From: Raja brachyura
Taxonomy: Eukaryota
DNA: 64,000 nt
Assembly: GCA_963514005.1 (NCBI GenBank)
Contig: OY740782.1
Span: 151,032,001-151,096,000, forward strand
Direction of reading: 5' to 3'
How positions within the stretch are numbered: position 1 is the stretch's first letter; each line of letters begins with the position of its first letter. Below, piece after piece: positions 51,520 to 62,170 of this stretch. The notes beneath the pieces are model-generated. The model saw only the letters and a list, made by a program, of their open reading frames with translations. It made no database searches and was not told the origin of the DNA. Both the position numbers and the translations under genes were made by a program.

Positions 51520-51826
51520 AATGTGTGTGAGAAAGAGTGTGCATATGTGCGTGTGTGTGCGAGTGAGTGTGCGAGAGAGTGTGTGTGTGAGAGAGCGAGT
51601 ATGTATGTGAGAGTGTGTGAGTGTGTGTATGTGTGTGAGAGAGTGTGTGTGTGAGTGTGTGTGAGTGTATGTGTGTGAGAGTGTGTGTGAGAGTGTGTAT
51701 ATGTGTGAGAGTGTGTGTGAGCGAGAGCGAGTGTGAGTGAGAGTGTGTGTGTGTATGTGTGTGAGAGAGAGAGCGAGAGAGAGTGTGTGTGTGTGCGTGT
51801 GCGAGAGAGTGTGTTGTGTGTGTGTG
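51520..51826. repeat. (TG)/(AG) compound microsatellite
   Basis: Directly visible beside a gap. Confidence 0.9.
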
Positions 51827-52205
51827 TTTATATTGTTAAATCCTCATGCAATAGTGTTCATATATATTGAGTGCATGGCACGATGTAAACGTTTGAGATC
51901 CTGCCTCAGGTCTGAATGGATTGGAAACAGGAGAAGGAGGGACACGGAGATCCAAAGGCATGGACCCATATCTGCCCAGCAAGAGCAGTAATGTTGAAGT
52001 GTGTCCGCGATGCGTGCGGTGGTGCAGTTGTGACTTATCTCCAAAACCCCGTTGTTACTGTGTGTGCAGTCTGCATCCGTTTTCCGTGAATTGTGGCCAA
52101 GATTTTCAAGTATCAACGTTAATATATAGTCATCGTTTTGGCAGAATGTTTTATATAATTAATTGGGTGGCCATGTGTCCAGCTCAAGATTGGAGGTTAA
52201 AGATA

Positions 52206-52221
52206 TTTATTAGTATTTATT
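52206..52221 (-). terminator. Candidate polyadenylation signals for the secreted form
   Basis: Two AATAAA hexamers (52216-52221, 52206-52211) about 30-40 nt after the tailpiece stop. Confidence 0.5.
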
Positions 52222-52248
52222 TCAGAGAAACTTGCAAGGAATTCATTC

Positions 52249-52640
52249 TCATTGACAGGAATTGACAGTGTCCATCAATACAAGGGAAACGTTGACAAAA
52301 CTGGGTTTACCGCTGGACTTATTGACCGTTCTGACGATGGTCTTCATGGGGAGTGCTTCGTGCCCCACCAGACAGGAGAAGGAGGCTCCGCTAGCCCACT
52401 GCTCTGCACCAACGGATAACAGGCTGTAGGTGAAGAAGGTGTCATTGCCGTTCTCCGCCTCCACCTCGGTGTTCCTGTACTTGCTCCAATGCACCCGCTT
52501 GTCATCAACTGTCCATGTGACGAAGACCCTGCGAGGGGAGAATCCTCTCACAAAGCAGGTGAGGGTGATAGTCTTGTGAGCGGAGATCTCTTCTGTCGGC
52601 GGCAGAAGGACTGAGACGGACGGTGCCAGCAGATGTTGAG
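52249..52640 (-). CDS. IGHM: IgM CH4 exon plus secretory tailpiece (...[19 protein letters not shown]|[20 protein letters not shown])
   Basis: CCGTAG acceptor; HEALP motif; internal G|GTAAA donor after 52311 for the membrane form; tailpiece with NVS sequon and penultimate Cys, diagnostic of IgM. Confidence 0.97.
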
Positions 52641-53184
52641 CTACGGGACAATTCAAATGGCGTTTATTATACAAGACGGTTAAAGCGATTAAAAGCTAAT
52701 ATATTCGTACGTGAGTAAACTGCCAACCGACAGTATTAACGGCATTGCTTTCCCCTTTTGTGACTTGTCTCTTTGTTCAGACATATACACCTGAACGTGC
52801 GTCTCTCCTGTGCACGGCAGAAGATTTGTATGAATCACTTCACACACTCACAACACAAGATCAAGCTATTCGCCGTCTCTGGTCCGTGTTATTTCTGATG
52901 ACCATGGTTGTCTCCTGCTCCTTTTGTCATTTATTACTAAATGCAGTTCTACCTTGGTTCATCTGTCTCACGCAATTCCCACCTCATATTCATGCAAAGT
53001 CATCTCGTATTCTCTCTTTTCCAGCTCTGACCAAGGACTCAGTGAAGTCTTAGCACTATTTCATTTTGCATATATTGCTTCGCCGACTGAGTGATCTCAA
53101 TCATTACATTTAGATTTATCTCAGAAGAAAAGTGCACCAGTCACCTCTGGCCCACAGGACCCCTCTGCAGCTACCCCGGCTCAC

Positions 53185-53487
53185 CTTTCTTCCAGTTGAT
53201 TCGTCCAGTTTTTGGAGACGGCAGATCATCATGGCTCACCACGCATTCGAAATAATCCCCACTCAGCCAGTCACGAGTCGAAATGTTGACTTTGCTCTCT
53301 ACGATATCCCCATGTTCTGTGGGCTGGATCTCTGATTCCAAATGTTCCTTCTTGTGGTTCCAAGATACTGTGATACCATAAGGTGCATTGGATACCCGAC
53401 AGGTTAACGTCACGGTCATCTCCATTAACTCTTGTTCAACAGGTGGTGGAAGGATTGTAATCTTCGGTTCATCGCAGGAATTAGGAT
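53185..53487 (-). CDS. IGHM: IgM CH3 exon (DPNSCDEPKITILPPPVEQ...TLTCRVSNAPYGITVSW...FECVVSHDDLPSP...WKK)
   Basis: CACAG acceptor, GTGAG donor, 303 nt, C1-set motifs. Confidence 0.95.
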
Positions 53488-53709
53488 CTGTGGCACAATA
53501 ATTAATGTGAACATAAGCATTTGCAGGAGTAACCGGGATCGAAGGTTTACACCAAGCATCCGCCCCCAAAACCTTAATATGTACATGACCCCTTCTGAGT
53601 AGTGATTTTGGGAACATGGGTCGTAAATCGTCATGAACTGCCTTTTGTCTGTGTGCAGTGAACGACACAATAAATGAAATGAGAGATCGCACCATGGGCT
53701 ATAGCACGA

Positions 53710-54275
53710 TAGGCACACAATGCTGGAGTACTGTATCTCAGCGGGTCAGGCAGCGGGTCAGCATCTCTGCAGAAAATGAATACGTGCCGTTTCGGGTCCA
53801 CACCCTCCTTTAACAGGTATTAACAGGAACAAATAAAAAAATAAGGATCTCCACCTCCTTGCCAGTGATGACCCACCTATACCGTCTCCACTAGCTTCCT
53901 CCTCTTGGACTTGCATTCCATCTCTCTCCGGCCACCCCCCACCCTCGTCATCCGACTAGTTTCACTGCGGTCCTGTTTCGTTTCACTCTTTGTATCTACT
54001 CGTTATCACCATTTCCAGAGCAACAACGGACCAATGTGGCCTCGACCTTTCCTCGTTCATCGTTGCTGGCTTTGATTTGTTCTTTTCATTCATTTGTTTG
54101 TCCATTCTCATACCTCTAGTTTCCCTCTCCTCTGATTCCAACTCGGAAGATGAGTCTCGACCCGAATCGTCACCTATTCCTTTTCTATGCAGATGCCTAA
54201 CCCGCTGTTACTCCGGAATTATGTTTCTATTTTTAGTGCAAACCAGCATCTGCACTTCTATTCTACACATAGGCT
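53710..54275. mobile_element. Penelope-derived terminal-repeat fragments in the CH2-CH3 intron (both orientations)
   Basis: Same motifs as 21300-21620 and 63286-63465. Confidence 0.7.
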
Positions 54276-54359
54276 TTCACAATGTCAGTGAAGTACTACC
54301 ACCGTGAGCGCTAATGTTTACACTAATATCCCGAGACATACCACGGATGTATTTCTTAC

Positions 54360-54677
54360 CTGGAGACCTACTGATGTTTTGGCTTATCAAATCTTTTTCA
54401 TGGTTGACTTGGCAGGTATAGACGGAACCTCCGAACCACTCTGCAGCTGAGAATGTCAACTGGCTGGTCGCCGAGAAGTTACCGTTACCGTTCACCTGGA
54501 AGGCGGGAGAGGTGACGATGCCAGCATGCAATGGCTCGCCATCCTTCAGCCAGTTCACAGTAAATTTCGCTGGGGTGAAATCGTTGACCAAACACACGGC
54601 GGTCGCTTTTCTGCTGTGCTTGATTTCCTCAAGGGCAGTTATGGTAATGGCGAGGGTAGGATGATGTACCTCGCGGT
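54360..54677 (-). CDS. IGHM: IgM CH2 exon (DREVHHPTL...ATAVCLVNDFTP...NWLKDG...YTCQVNHEKDLISQNISRSP)
   Basis: TTTCAG acceptor, GTAAG donor, 318 nt, C1-set motifs. Confidence 0.95.
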
Positions 54678-54799
54678 CTGAAAGAAAATAAACTTCATTG
54701 GAATTGCTCATAAACTATCGTCGATTAATAAAGACACCCAATATTTTGTCCAAGAAAAAGAAAATCACTTTTTCTGATTAAAAGTAGCCGTCCACTCAC

Positions 54800-55104
54800 C
54801 TGGACTTCCCGAGATGCTGCTATATTCTTTGTTTATCACGGTACGTCGAGTGCTCGTAAATGGGGAAATTAGAGCTCGGTAACTCGTTGTCACAGGGATG
54901 TAATGGGCCGACTGTTTTGCCTTTGTCCTCTATGACTGTGTCTGTGCTTTTAATACTCTTGTAATGTTCTCAACATGGTGCACTCAGCCGCTTCGATTGT
55001 TCGCGAGTTAAAATGTAACTTATCTACGGATAGAGCAGTTCCTCGCGAATTATATGGATGTGCTCGTGATGATAATAAATTGACCAGCACTCTTTTCAAG
55101 CTCT
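54800..55104 (-). pseudogene. Possible vestigial CH exon between CH1 and CH2
   Basis: CCTGTAG acceptor and CCAG|GTGAGT donor 305 nt apart; ends ISGSP|G like CH2 ISRSP|G; interior has stops/frameshifts. Confidence 0.4.
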
Positions 55105-55589
55105 CTACAGGGAAATTTTTGTTTTTTTTTAATGATTTTGTAAATGGTGAATTGTCGCGATATTTGAAGCACCGCCTTTCGTTCCGTCCCAAGAACGAAA
55201 TACGGCAGTGCTTCCGTATTGTGAATATCGCTCTCGCCCCTCGGTGCCAGGAAACAAAACTCACCGTTTTATCGAAACAACAACAGTAGATGTTGTTTGA
55301 TTCAAAATAGAAACAAAGGGCTGGAATAATTTGGCGGGTAAGGCATGTGTCACTTTCTATTGAGACTTTAAGCCTTTGGTAGTTACGTTCAGATGGAGTT
55401 TCATCAGTGTTCCAGATGTTACATGACATCTGTGGATGCAGCCGCATTTTCACATCACTATATAGACATGAATTACCTGTCTTTGAATAGGTGGATCGTG
55501 GAGCTCAGATAAGCGTTCGACATTCAGTATGACATGAAGATTAAAACCAAACAGGGCACATTAAGTCAAGTACTTGTCTTCAATTGTCA

Positions 55590-56045
55590 AATCCCGTGAA
55601 TTATATGGATTGCATCATGGCCTGGTTCGGCAACTTGAACATCCAGGAGCGGAAAAGATAGCAAAATGTTGTGACCACTAGCCCATTCCATAACCGGCTC
55701 GGACCCCCCATCATCAAAGGGATCTATCGCAGTCGCTGCCTCAATAAGGCAGCCAACATCAGAGACCCACACCATCCTGGCCACACACTCATCTTACCAC
55801 TGCCACCGGGAAGAAGGTACACGAGCCTGAGAACTGTCACGTCCAGGTTCAGGAACAGCTACTTCCCTACAGCCATCAGGCTATTAAACTCTGCAATCTC
55901 ATATGCTCTGAACTACAATAGACTATTATTATTATTATTATTATTGCACTGTTATTGTTTGTTTTTTGAGTATGTGTGCATGTATACATGCAAACATTTC
56001 ATTGTTCTATCTGGGACATATGACAATAAAACATTCTTGACTCTC
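55590..56045 (+). mobile_element. Rex1/Babar-type LINE 3' fragment in the CH1-CH2 intron
   Basis: CIMAWFGN...DPHHPGH...GRRY.SL...TSRFRNSYFPTAIRLLN. Confidence 0.85.
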
Positions 56046-56091
56046 GACTCTCAACTCCACCCTCGGCCTCGCGGTGCACCCCAACACGAAC

Positions 56092-56388
56092 CTGGTACTT
56101 TCACTTGATACTCTTGTTGGCCGTGTTGAACCACGCAGAAGATGTCGCTTCCTCCTGCCTGCGCCTCGGTGATGGTTAACTCGCTGCTCTGGGTGTAAGT
56201 TCCCAACTTATTGAACACTGCCGGGTATTCCTTCACTCCGCTGGTCAGTTGTTTATCATCTTTCTTCCAAGAAACACTGGCGCCCGCAGGGGAATAGCCC
56301 AACGCCAAACAACCATAGGTGAACGAACCACTGGAGCCGTGATCCTCGCAGGTGAAGAGAATGAAGGAGCTGGGCGCGGAATCAGCCG
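56092..56388 (-). CDS. IGHM: IgM CH1 exon (ADSAPSSFILFTCEDHGSSGSFTYGCLALGYSP...SWKK...IFCVVQHGQQEYQVKVP)
   Basis: TTGCAG acceptor, GTTCGT donor, 297 nt phase 1-1, C1-set C/W/C pattern plus the early light-chain-linking Cys. Confidence 0.93.
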
Positions 56389-56734
56389 CTGCAAGGCAAA
56401 GGACACATGAATGTTAAACTCTCTCTCTTGCTCGTTTTGCAAAATATTCAGTGCGAGGAATCATTATACAGCAATTCGTTACGCAGTTTTCTATTTCATG
56501 CAACTTCACCTGAGTATCATAAACTATTAGTTAATCATTCTGTCTTGATCCCACCTTGGAAAACATTGGCTGAAAACTTCTTGGGGTGCCAATATCCGGC
56601 AGTTACTGTCAAATGTACGCACAATTTCGAGTTGGAAATATATTGATAGGCCTCCAGTATTAATTACTGTAACATTCCCAGGGTTTCTCAGGAATGGTCA
56701 ATGCTCAGTGGCTATAACTAACATTGGCGTATGG

Positions 56735-57218
56735 GTTACAATCTCACCAAACTCCTTGTTGCGACTGGGGTTGATGGAGCAAGGGCGGAACTACGGGATA
56801 CAGTGTAGACACGTGTGAGAGCCTCATCTATGGTAAAAGTGGGGAATACCCGCTCTCCAAAGAATGAGGACCTCGGATATCCTGGTATGGAACAACTCAT
56901 CTTGGGAGCAGTTGCGCGGAGACGGATGAATTTGGGAGTAGGACATAGAGTCTTTGCAGGAGGCACGGTTGGAAGAGATGTAGTCCTGATAGCTGTGGGA
57001 GTCCGTAGATTTGTAATTTATATCAGTCGGTAGTCTATCTCCTGCGATGGAGACGGTGAGATCAACAAAGGGGAGGTATGTGTCGGGGATGGACCCGGTG
57101 AATTTGATCGTATGGTCAAAGTTTGTAGATAATGAGGTCAATGAGTTCTACATGGGTACAGGACGAAGAGTTCGGGGATAGGGCCAGTCTGTGTCAGGGT
57201 TGTCCCATGTACCCAACT
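56735..57218 (-). mobile_element. Penelope RT fragment in the J-C intron
   Basis: IKFT...LPFVDL...YKSTDSHSY.DY.S....CKDS..YSQ. Confidence 0.85.
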
Positions 57219-57393
57219 AAATGGAAATTGGTGAAATGATGTGCAATGTTGGAAACAAAATTTTCTCTGCTATTTGAATTACAGAACAGGTATACCACTA
57301 ATCCATGAACAGAGTGGGAATTGAAATCAATGGTTCAAAGGAGGGTTTGACTGACGTTCACAATTACATTTGCATTTATTTATTTAATTAAAA
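57219..57393 (+). repeat. Left arm of inverted duplication in J-C intron (octamer ATTTGCAT 57368-57375)
   Basis: Reverse complement aligns with 58329-58645. Confidence 0.85.
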
Positions 57394-58328
57394 TTAAATA
57401 ATTTAGGTAGGTTTCGCTTGGGCCATTGAGAGTGCCCGTGGCTAAACTTTTGATTTGGAGGAAGAGGGAAGAGTTTTTGTTTTATAAATGGTTCAGAGAT
57501 TATCCGATAAAATCACAGAAAATGGAAGGATAAAGGGTTTTCCATGTCGGGCTCCCGAACATAATTTGGGAGAAGACAAAATAAACAATCACAATCTTGT
57601 TAGTGAAATTTGCCCTTAAATGTGTCCATCGAACGAAACCAACTAAGGCGGTGGATGGGATTGAAATGGTAGCTCTGTTATTTAACCACAAATAACACAC
57701 TTAAAATGTCACTTTTTAACTGTATTTTGTTGCCCCATAACTCACGAAAATATACCGATCATTTATATGCCGACAGTAATTGCAAGTAAATTCCGAAAAG
57801 CAAACCAGCCGACAAGAACATTACATTCATACCAGATTAAACCCATGTATGAGATTGCATTGGTAAGGATTACAAAGAACTGTCTCAATATAACATCGGA
57901 ATTAATAAAGGTTATGTACCACAACTTCTGGAAACTAAATGTAACATTTAAATTGTAAGAATATGTTAATACTCCGTAATTAAATAAATTGGCACAGGTT
58001 TTAAATGTTTGTCTGTGTGCACCATTGCCTTAATGAATTCAATATAATCAATTAAAATTAATGTTTATGCAATGACGCTCAGTTCAGTTTCCAGCATCTT
58101 TAAAACGAGTTTACGTATACAATGTCATCGGCACTGAAGAACGAATGATTAACATTGTATCACTGTCCGATAGGAAACGAATAAAAAGATACCAATTATA
58201 AATTACAACCTGCAATCTATAAAAAATATCCGAGTTTGCTTCGTGACTTCAACAGGAAAGGGCATTAATTCATATAGAGGAACTTCTACTTTTAATGGTG
58301 AAAATTCCCAAATTTTGCTAAATCAATG

Positions 58329-58645
58329 TTTTAATTAAATAAATGCAAATGTAAATTTGAACGTCACTCAAACCCTCCTTTAAGTCATCGAGTTCAATTC
58401 CCACTCTGTTCAAGGATTAATAGGATACCCTGTTTTATAATTAAAATTAAGATAGCGGAGTCAGGGGATATGGGGAGAAGGGAGGAACAGGGTACTGATT
58501 GGGGATGATCAGCCATGATCACATTGAATGTCGGTGCTGGCTCGAAGGGCCGAATGGCCTCCTCCTGCACCTATTGTCTATTGTCCAAAATAGCAGAGAA
58601 CATTTTGTTTCCAACATTCCATTTCCTAATTTTTCATCATTTTTT
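58329..58645 (-). repeat. Right arm of inverted duplication (octamer ATGCAAAT 58343-58350), interrupted by a CR1 3' end at ~58448-58586
   Basis: Alignment to left arm resumes after the CR1 tail; AAAAT on both sides of the insert. Confidence 0.85.
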
Positions 58646-58979
58646 ACCGTAACTATTCGCAAAACTGACATTTGTCATTAGCAATTTACTAAATAGAGGA
58701 ACATTTTATGTTTAAATGACATTGGGAGCCAGAGACAAACACAAATTCAAATTCTCTTTCTAATAAATCCATGGATTAAAAGTTATTCCCAAACTACAGC
58801 TGTTCCGAAATCTCCCCATTTTACATTCAACGCATTTTCCAAATGGGTAAACTCGTGATCTTTGATATAAACAGAGCGATGGGGTCATTGGGCTAGGCAG
58901 CATTTGTGGAAAGAGAAAACCAAGCATTTTCCAGCTCGACTGTCGTTGGGAGACTAAACCATGGCAAATCAGTTTCGAT

Positions 58980-59230
58980 TAGAGATATAGCATAGAAATA
59001 GATCCTTCTGCCAACCAAATCCAGGGCGACACACAAGTTCCACTTTATCGCACTATCGCATCCACCCCCGACCCACTAGGGTCAATCACCCGGGTCAATT
59101 AACCTGCAAACCTGCACTCTTTTGGGTTGTGGGTGGAAAACAGAGCACCAGTAAGAAACCACAGGGACAACGCACAGTTCTCACAGTCTGCGCCTGATTT
59201 CGGGAACGATGTCGGGTCTCTGGCGCTACC
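58980..59230 (-). mobile_element. Degenerate V-SINE
   Basis: Reverse complement of the V-core seen at 8095-8320. Confidence 0.55.
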
Positions 59231-59686
59231 AGCCGTCATTCGGCTCCCCTCTATGGGATTTGTCTTTCGCCACAGGCTGCGTGACCCTCTAGGTGTTTGC
59301 AACATTTACTGTTCCTATTTATCATTTCTAGTAATTTATTCTTATTTTTATTTTTAAACATATATCTTCTTTGCGTTTATTGAAATAACATAATCCGACC
59401 CTTCATACAACAGCAATACCCGGTCGCTGCCACTCGAATTGAACGTACAAACACGTCAAATTTGTGCAACAATATCGTCTCCCGCAATGACCGGCTGAAT
59501 CATACCGCCGATGGGATGAATTGCATAACACACATTTGCTGAAACTCTTCACAAAATCCAAATATCTTTGTCCAAAGACCACCAAAATTCATTGTCCCAA
59601 TGACCACCGCGCCAATCATTGTTGAAATAACGACGAATAACACAATACACATGGATTACATAGATAACATTCCAATATAATGTGAA

Positions 59687-59768
59687 TTTCCTTCAGTTCC
59701 TCCGTCACCCTAGTTCCTCTGTCCCCTAGTACACCCGGTACATTGCTATTCTATACATCGCGTTTCAC
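59687..59768 (-). pseudogene. Decayed second JH segment with relic RSS
   Basis: Minus strand TACTAGGGGACAGAGGAACTAGGGTGACGGAGGAACTGAAGGAAA aligns with JH (Y-W-G-x-G-T-x-V-T) with insertions and a lost GT donor; TACATTG plus 23 nt resembles the functional JH spacer. Confidence 0.6.
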
Positions 59769-60334
59769 GGACTTAGCTTTGCTGTATCATTGGTTCACAT
59801 GGCCAACTCATTGTACTTCAATATAGATTAAAAAAAAGGTTGCAGTAACTCAGCGGGACAGGCAGAGTTACTCCAGCTTTTTGTGTCAATCGCCAGCATA
59901 AATCAGCATCCACAGTTCCTTCCAATTCATTCTACTTCAAGATATATAACTGCGCAATTAACCCTGACGCTGAGCCTTGCATTTCTGTGTTTTGCGGCAA
60001 GAACATTTTACTTCTTCCATGCAAGTTTTGTTAGCGATTGGATTAAAGGTGGCAAGGTGATTCCACCAATTAATACATACACTTTAAAAACTTGAAAATG
60101 TTACACCCATGATTTATCCGTTTCTGTCGTTTGTGTCATATGCGCTGATAAGAAACAAACTGAGACAAAGTACCTGCTGTTGATCAGAAAATACAGTTCG
60201 ATGCATCACAGACCAAGGACCACAACAATCTCAAACAATTAGAAAGCAGTGAAAGCAAATTGATGCACATTTTCCCACTAATTTGGAACTAAACCGCATC
60301 CGTTTCATAGTCAAAGGATCGAACGTCATAGCAC

Positions 60335-60790
60335 ATAGAAACATAGAAAATAGGTGCAGGAGTAGGCCATTCGGCCCTTCGAGCCCGCACCGCCGTTCAA
60401 TATGATCATGGCTGATCATCCAACTCAGTATCCTGTACCTGCCTTCTCTCCATACCCCCTGATCCCTTTAGCCACAAGGGCCACATCTAACTCCCTCTTA
60501 AATATAGCCAACGAACTGGCCTCAACTACCTTCTGTGGCAGAGAATTCCACAGATTCTCCACTCTCTGTGTGAAAAATGATTTTCTCATCTCGGTCCTAA
60601 AAGATTTTCCCCTTATCCTTAAACTGTGACCCCTTGTTCTGGACTTCCCCAACATGGGAACAATCTTCCTGCATCTAGCCTGTCCAACCCCTTAAGAATT
60701 TTGTAAGTTTCTATAAGATCCCCCCTTAATCTTCTAAATTCCAGCGAGTACAAGCCGAGTCTATCCAGTCTTTCTTCATATGCCATCCCA
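60335..60790 (-). mobile_element. Young CR1 3' fragment about 190 bp downstream of JH
   Basis: ORF 60425-60655, (CTATGTTT) tail. Confidence 0.92.
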
Positions 60791-60981
60791 AGTCATAAGG
60801 CAAGTTTAAATCGGGAATCTCACTGGAGCGGAATCACATAACATTCTAAATCACAACATCGATCCAACATTGCAATGAATGGGTAATTAATGTAGAAGAA
60901 CAATTTAATACAATTATTGGAAATATAGAGTAAAATTACAACTGGATACATCTAGATACTGAATAGGATGAAGTTTCTTAC

Positions 60982-61029
60982 CGCTGGTTACCGTCACCAT
61001 GGTGCCTCCTCCCCAGTAGTCAAGATAGT
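60982..61029 (-). CDS. IGHJ: JH segment YLDYWGGGTMVTVTS
   Basis: WGxG motif, phase-1 GTAAG donor at 60977-60981. Confidence 0.96.
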
Positions 61030-61068
61030 CACGGTGTTACATTCTATGGATCTCTTCACACAACAACA
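61030..61068 (+). other. JH RSS, 23-bp spacer
   Basis: CACGGTG (61030-61036), 23 nt, ACAACAACA (61060-61068). Confidence 0.85.
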
Positions 61069-61396
61069 TGATCTGCACCAGGCAGGCAAAAAAGAACAAA
61101 AATCCTGTAAATTATTCGTATTTCACATCAAAGGCGAATGCCTTATTGCTCTTTGAAAACAATGAATGCGTTAAAAAAATCATTTCCAACAATAATCAAG
61201 TAACACGGCGGCGTGTATTAAACAGGGCAGAGAAATGTGATAAGAATCATCTACATATAAAATATAAATTGCCTCGAGTTACCTATACAATAAAATGTGC
61301 GAAAATATTCCTGGACATGTTTATGGTCCTGTTGTATGAAATATTGAATTGAAAATATCATATACTGGCCCAGATCACAGTATTATGGGTTGTGGA

Positions 61397-61424
61397 TGTT
61401 TTTGTATTGGTAGGAACCGCTGTG
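61397..61424 (-). other. D2 J-facing RSS, 12-bp spacer
   Basis: CACAGCG (61418-61424), 12 nt, ACAAAAACA (61397-61405). Confidence 0.88.
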
Positions 61425-61432
61425 CCAGTATA
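61425..61432 (-). CDS. IGHD: D2 diversity segment TATACTGG
   Basis: 8 nt flanked by two 12-spacer RSSs, as in the shark/skate V23-12D1(22)-12D2(12)-23J layout. Confidence 0.9.
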
Positions 61433-61460
61433 CACAGTGAAACATGTCATGTCAAATACT
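61433..61460 (+). other. D2 V-facing RSS, 12-bp spacer, weak nonamer
   Basis: CACAGTG (61433-61439), 12 nt, TCAAATACT (61452-61460). Confidence 0.8.
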
Positions 61461-61703
61461 TCGCTCTTCAAGAACTGATGCATGTACTGCTCACAGAGGA
61501 TATGTCCCCACTCTTGGTACTCTTGGTGTCATAAAGCTAAACGGTGTTCTTCTAAAGCTCATATAAAATAACGTGAATTGGTCGGAAGACAGTTGGACAT
61601 TTCTCAAAACAATCCATGTAACTTTGCTTTTGAATTTGAATTTGCTTCACTCGGCCTCTCCTACGGTGCTTGTGGGTTCGAAGAGGAGAAAACTAGGTGT
61701 GGG

Positions 61704-61741
61704 GGTTTTTGTACGGGGAAGTCGCTGTATGCAGCACCGTG
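61704..61741 (-). other. D1 J-facing RSS, 22-bp spacer
   Basis: CACGGTG (61735-61741), 22 nt (61713-61734), ACAAAAACC (61704-61712). Confidence 0.93.
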
Positions 61742-61755
61742 ACCCACTGTTGTAT
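61742..61755 (-). CDS. IGHD: D1 diversity segment ATACAACAGTGGGT
   Basis: 14 nt between two outward-facing RSSs; resembles elasmobranch IgM D1 cores. Confidence 0.93.
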
Positions 61756-61783
61756 CACAGTGAGATAGACCCGCACAAAAACC
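61756..61783 (+). other. D1 V-facing RSS, 12-bp spacer
   Basis: CACAGTG (61756-61762), 12 nt, ACAAAAACC (61775-61783): perfect consensus. Confidence 0.96.
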
Positions 61784-62131
61784 TCCCATACAGTTCACAC
61801 TCAGGTTTCATTTGAAACGGCCTTCGACACGATTTAAAATGGTCCAGCACTTCACAGAGAACACAGTAAATGTACACAACACCAACAATCCCCCTTCATC
61901 TCACTTGCCTAATGGAATGAGCATATTTTCCTGGTCTATGATTTTGCACAACGCTATCGGTATGCGTGAAGCAAATTATAAACCTCACACGAATGCGCTG
62001 GTTACATTTTTGAATATCGTGTTGGATTTGTGAATGGTAGTTTGCACTCCATTTCCCAACTGTTATTATAGCTGTTGAAATAATTGCTCACCTCTCGTCT
62101 TTGATGGTAAAAGCTGGACTTCCTAACGTGC

Positions 62132-62170
62132 CGTTCTTGTACGGGTCTGACACTGAATCCTCACACTGTG
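62132..62170 (-). other. VH 3' recombination signal, 23-bp spacer
   Basis: CACAGTG (62164-62170), 23 nt (62141-62163), ACAAGAACG (62132-62140). Confidence 0.93.

Noticed and set aside
49066-56388. Assignment as IgW, IgNAR or germline-joined IgM1gj
   Set aside because: Four CH exons with IgM tailpiece and KVK tail, CH2 present, and V, D and J unjoined.
59560-59605. Possible third JH relic (TGGGACAATGAATTTTGGTGGTC on minus)
   Set aside because: Too short and degenerate, with no RSS or donor remnant.
56389-60981. Classical switch region in the J-C intron
   Set aside because: No tandem AGCT/GGGGT repeats; the intron is TE fragments and AT-rich DNA.
61361-61382. Inverted copy of the D2 core (TATACTGG) near a CACAGTA
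   Set aside because: No nonamer at 12 or 23 nt and no second flanking heptamer; likely chance.
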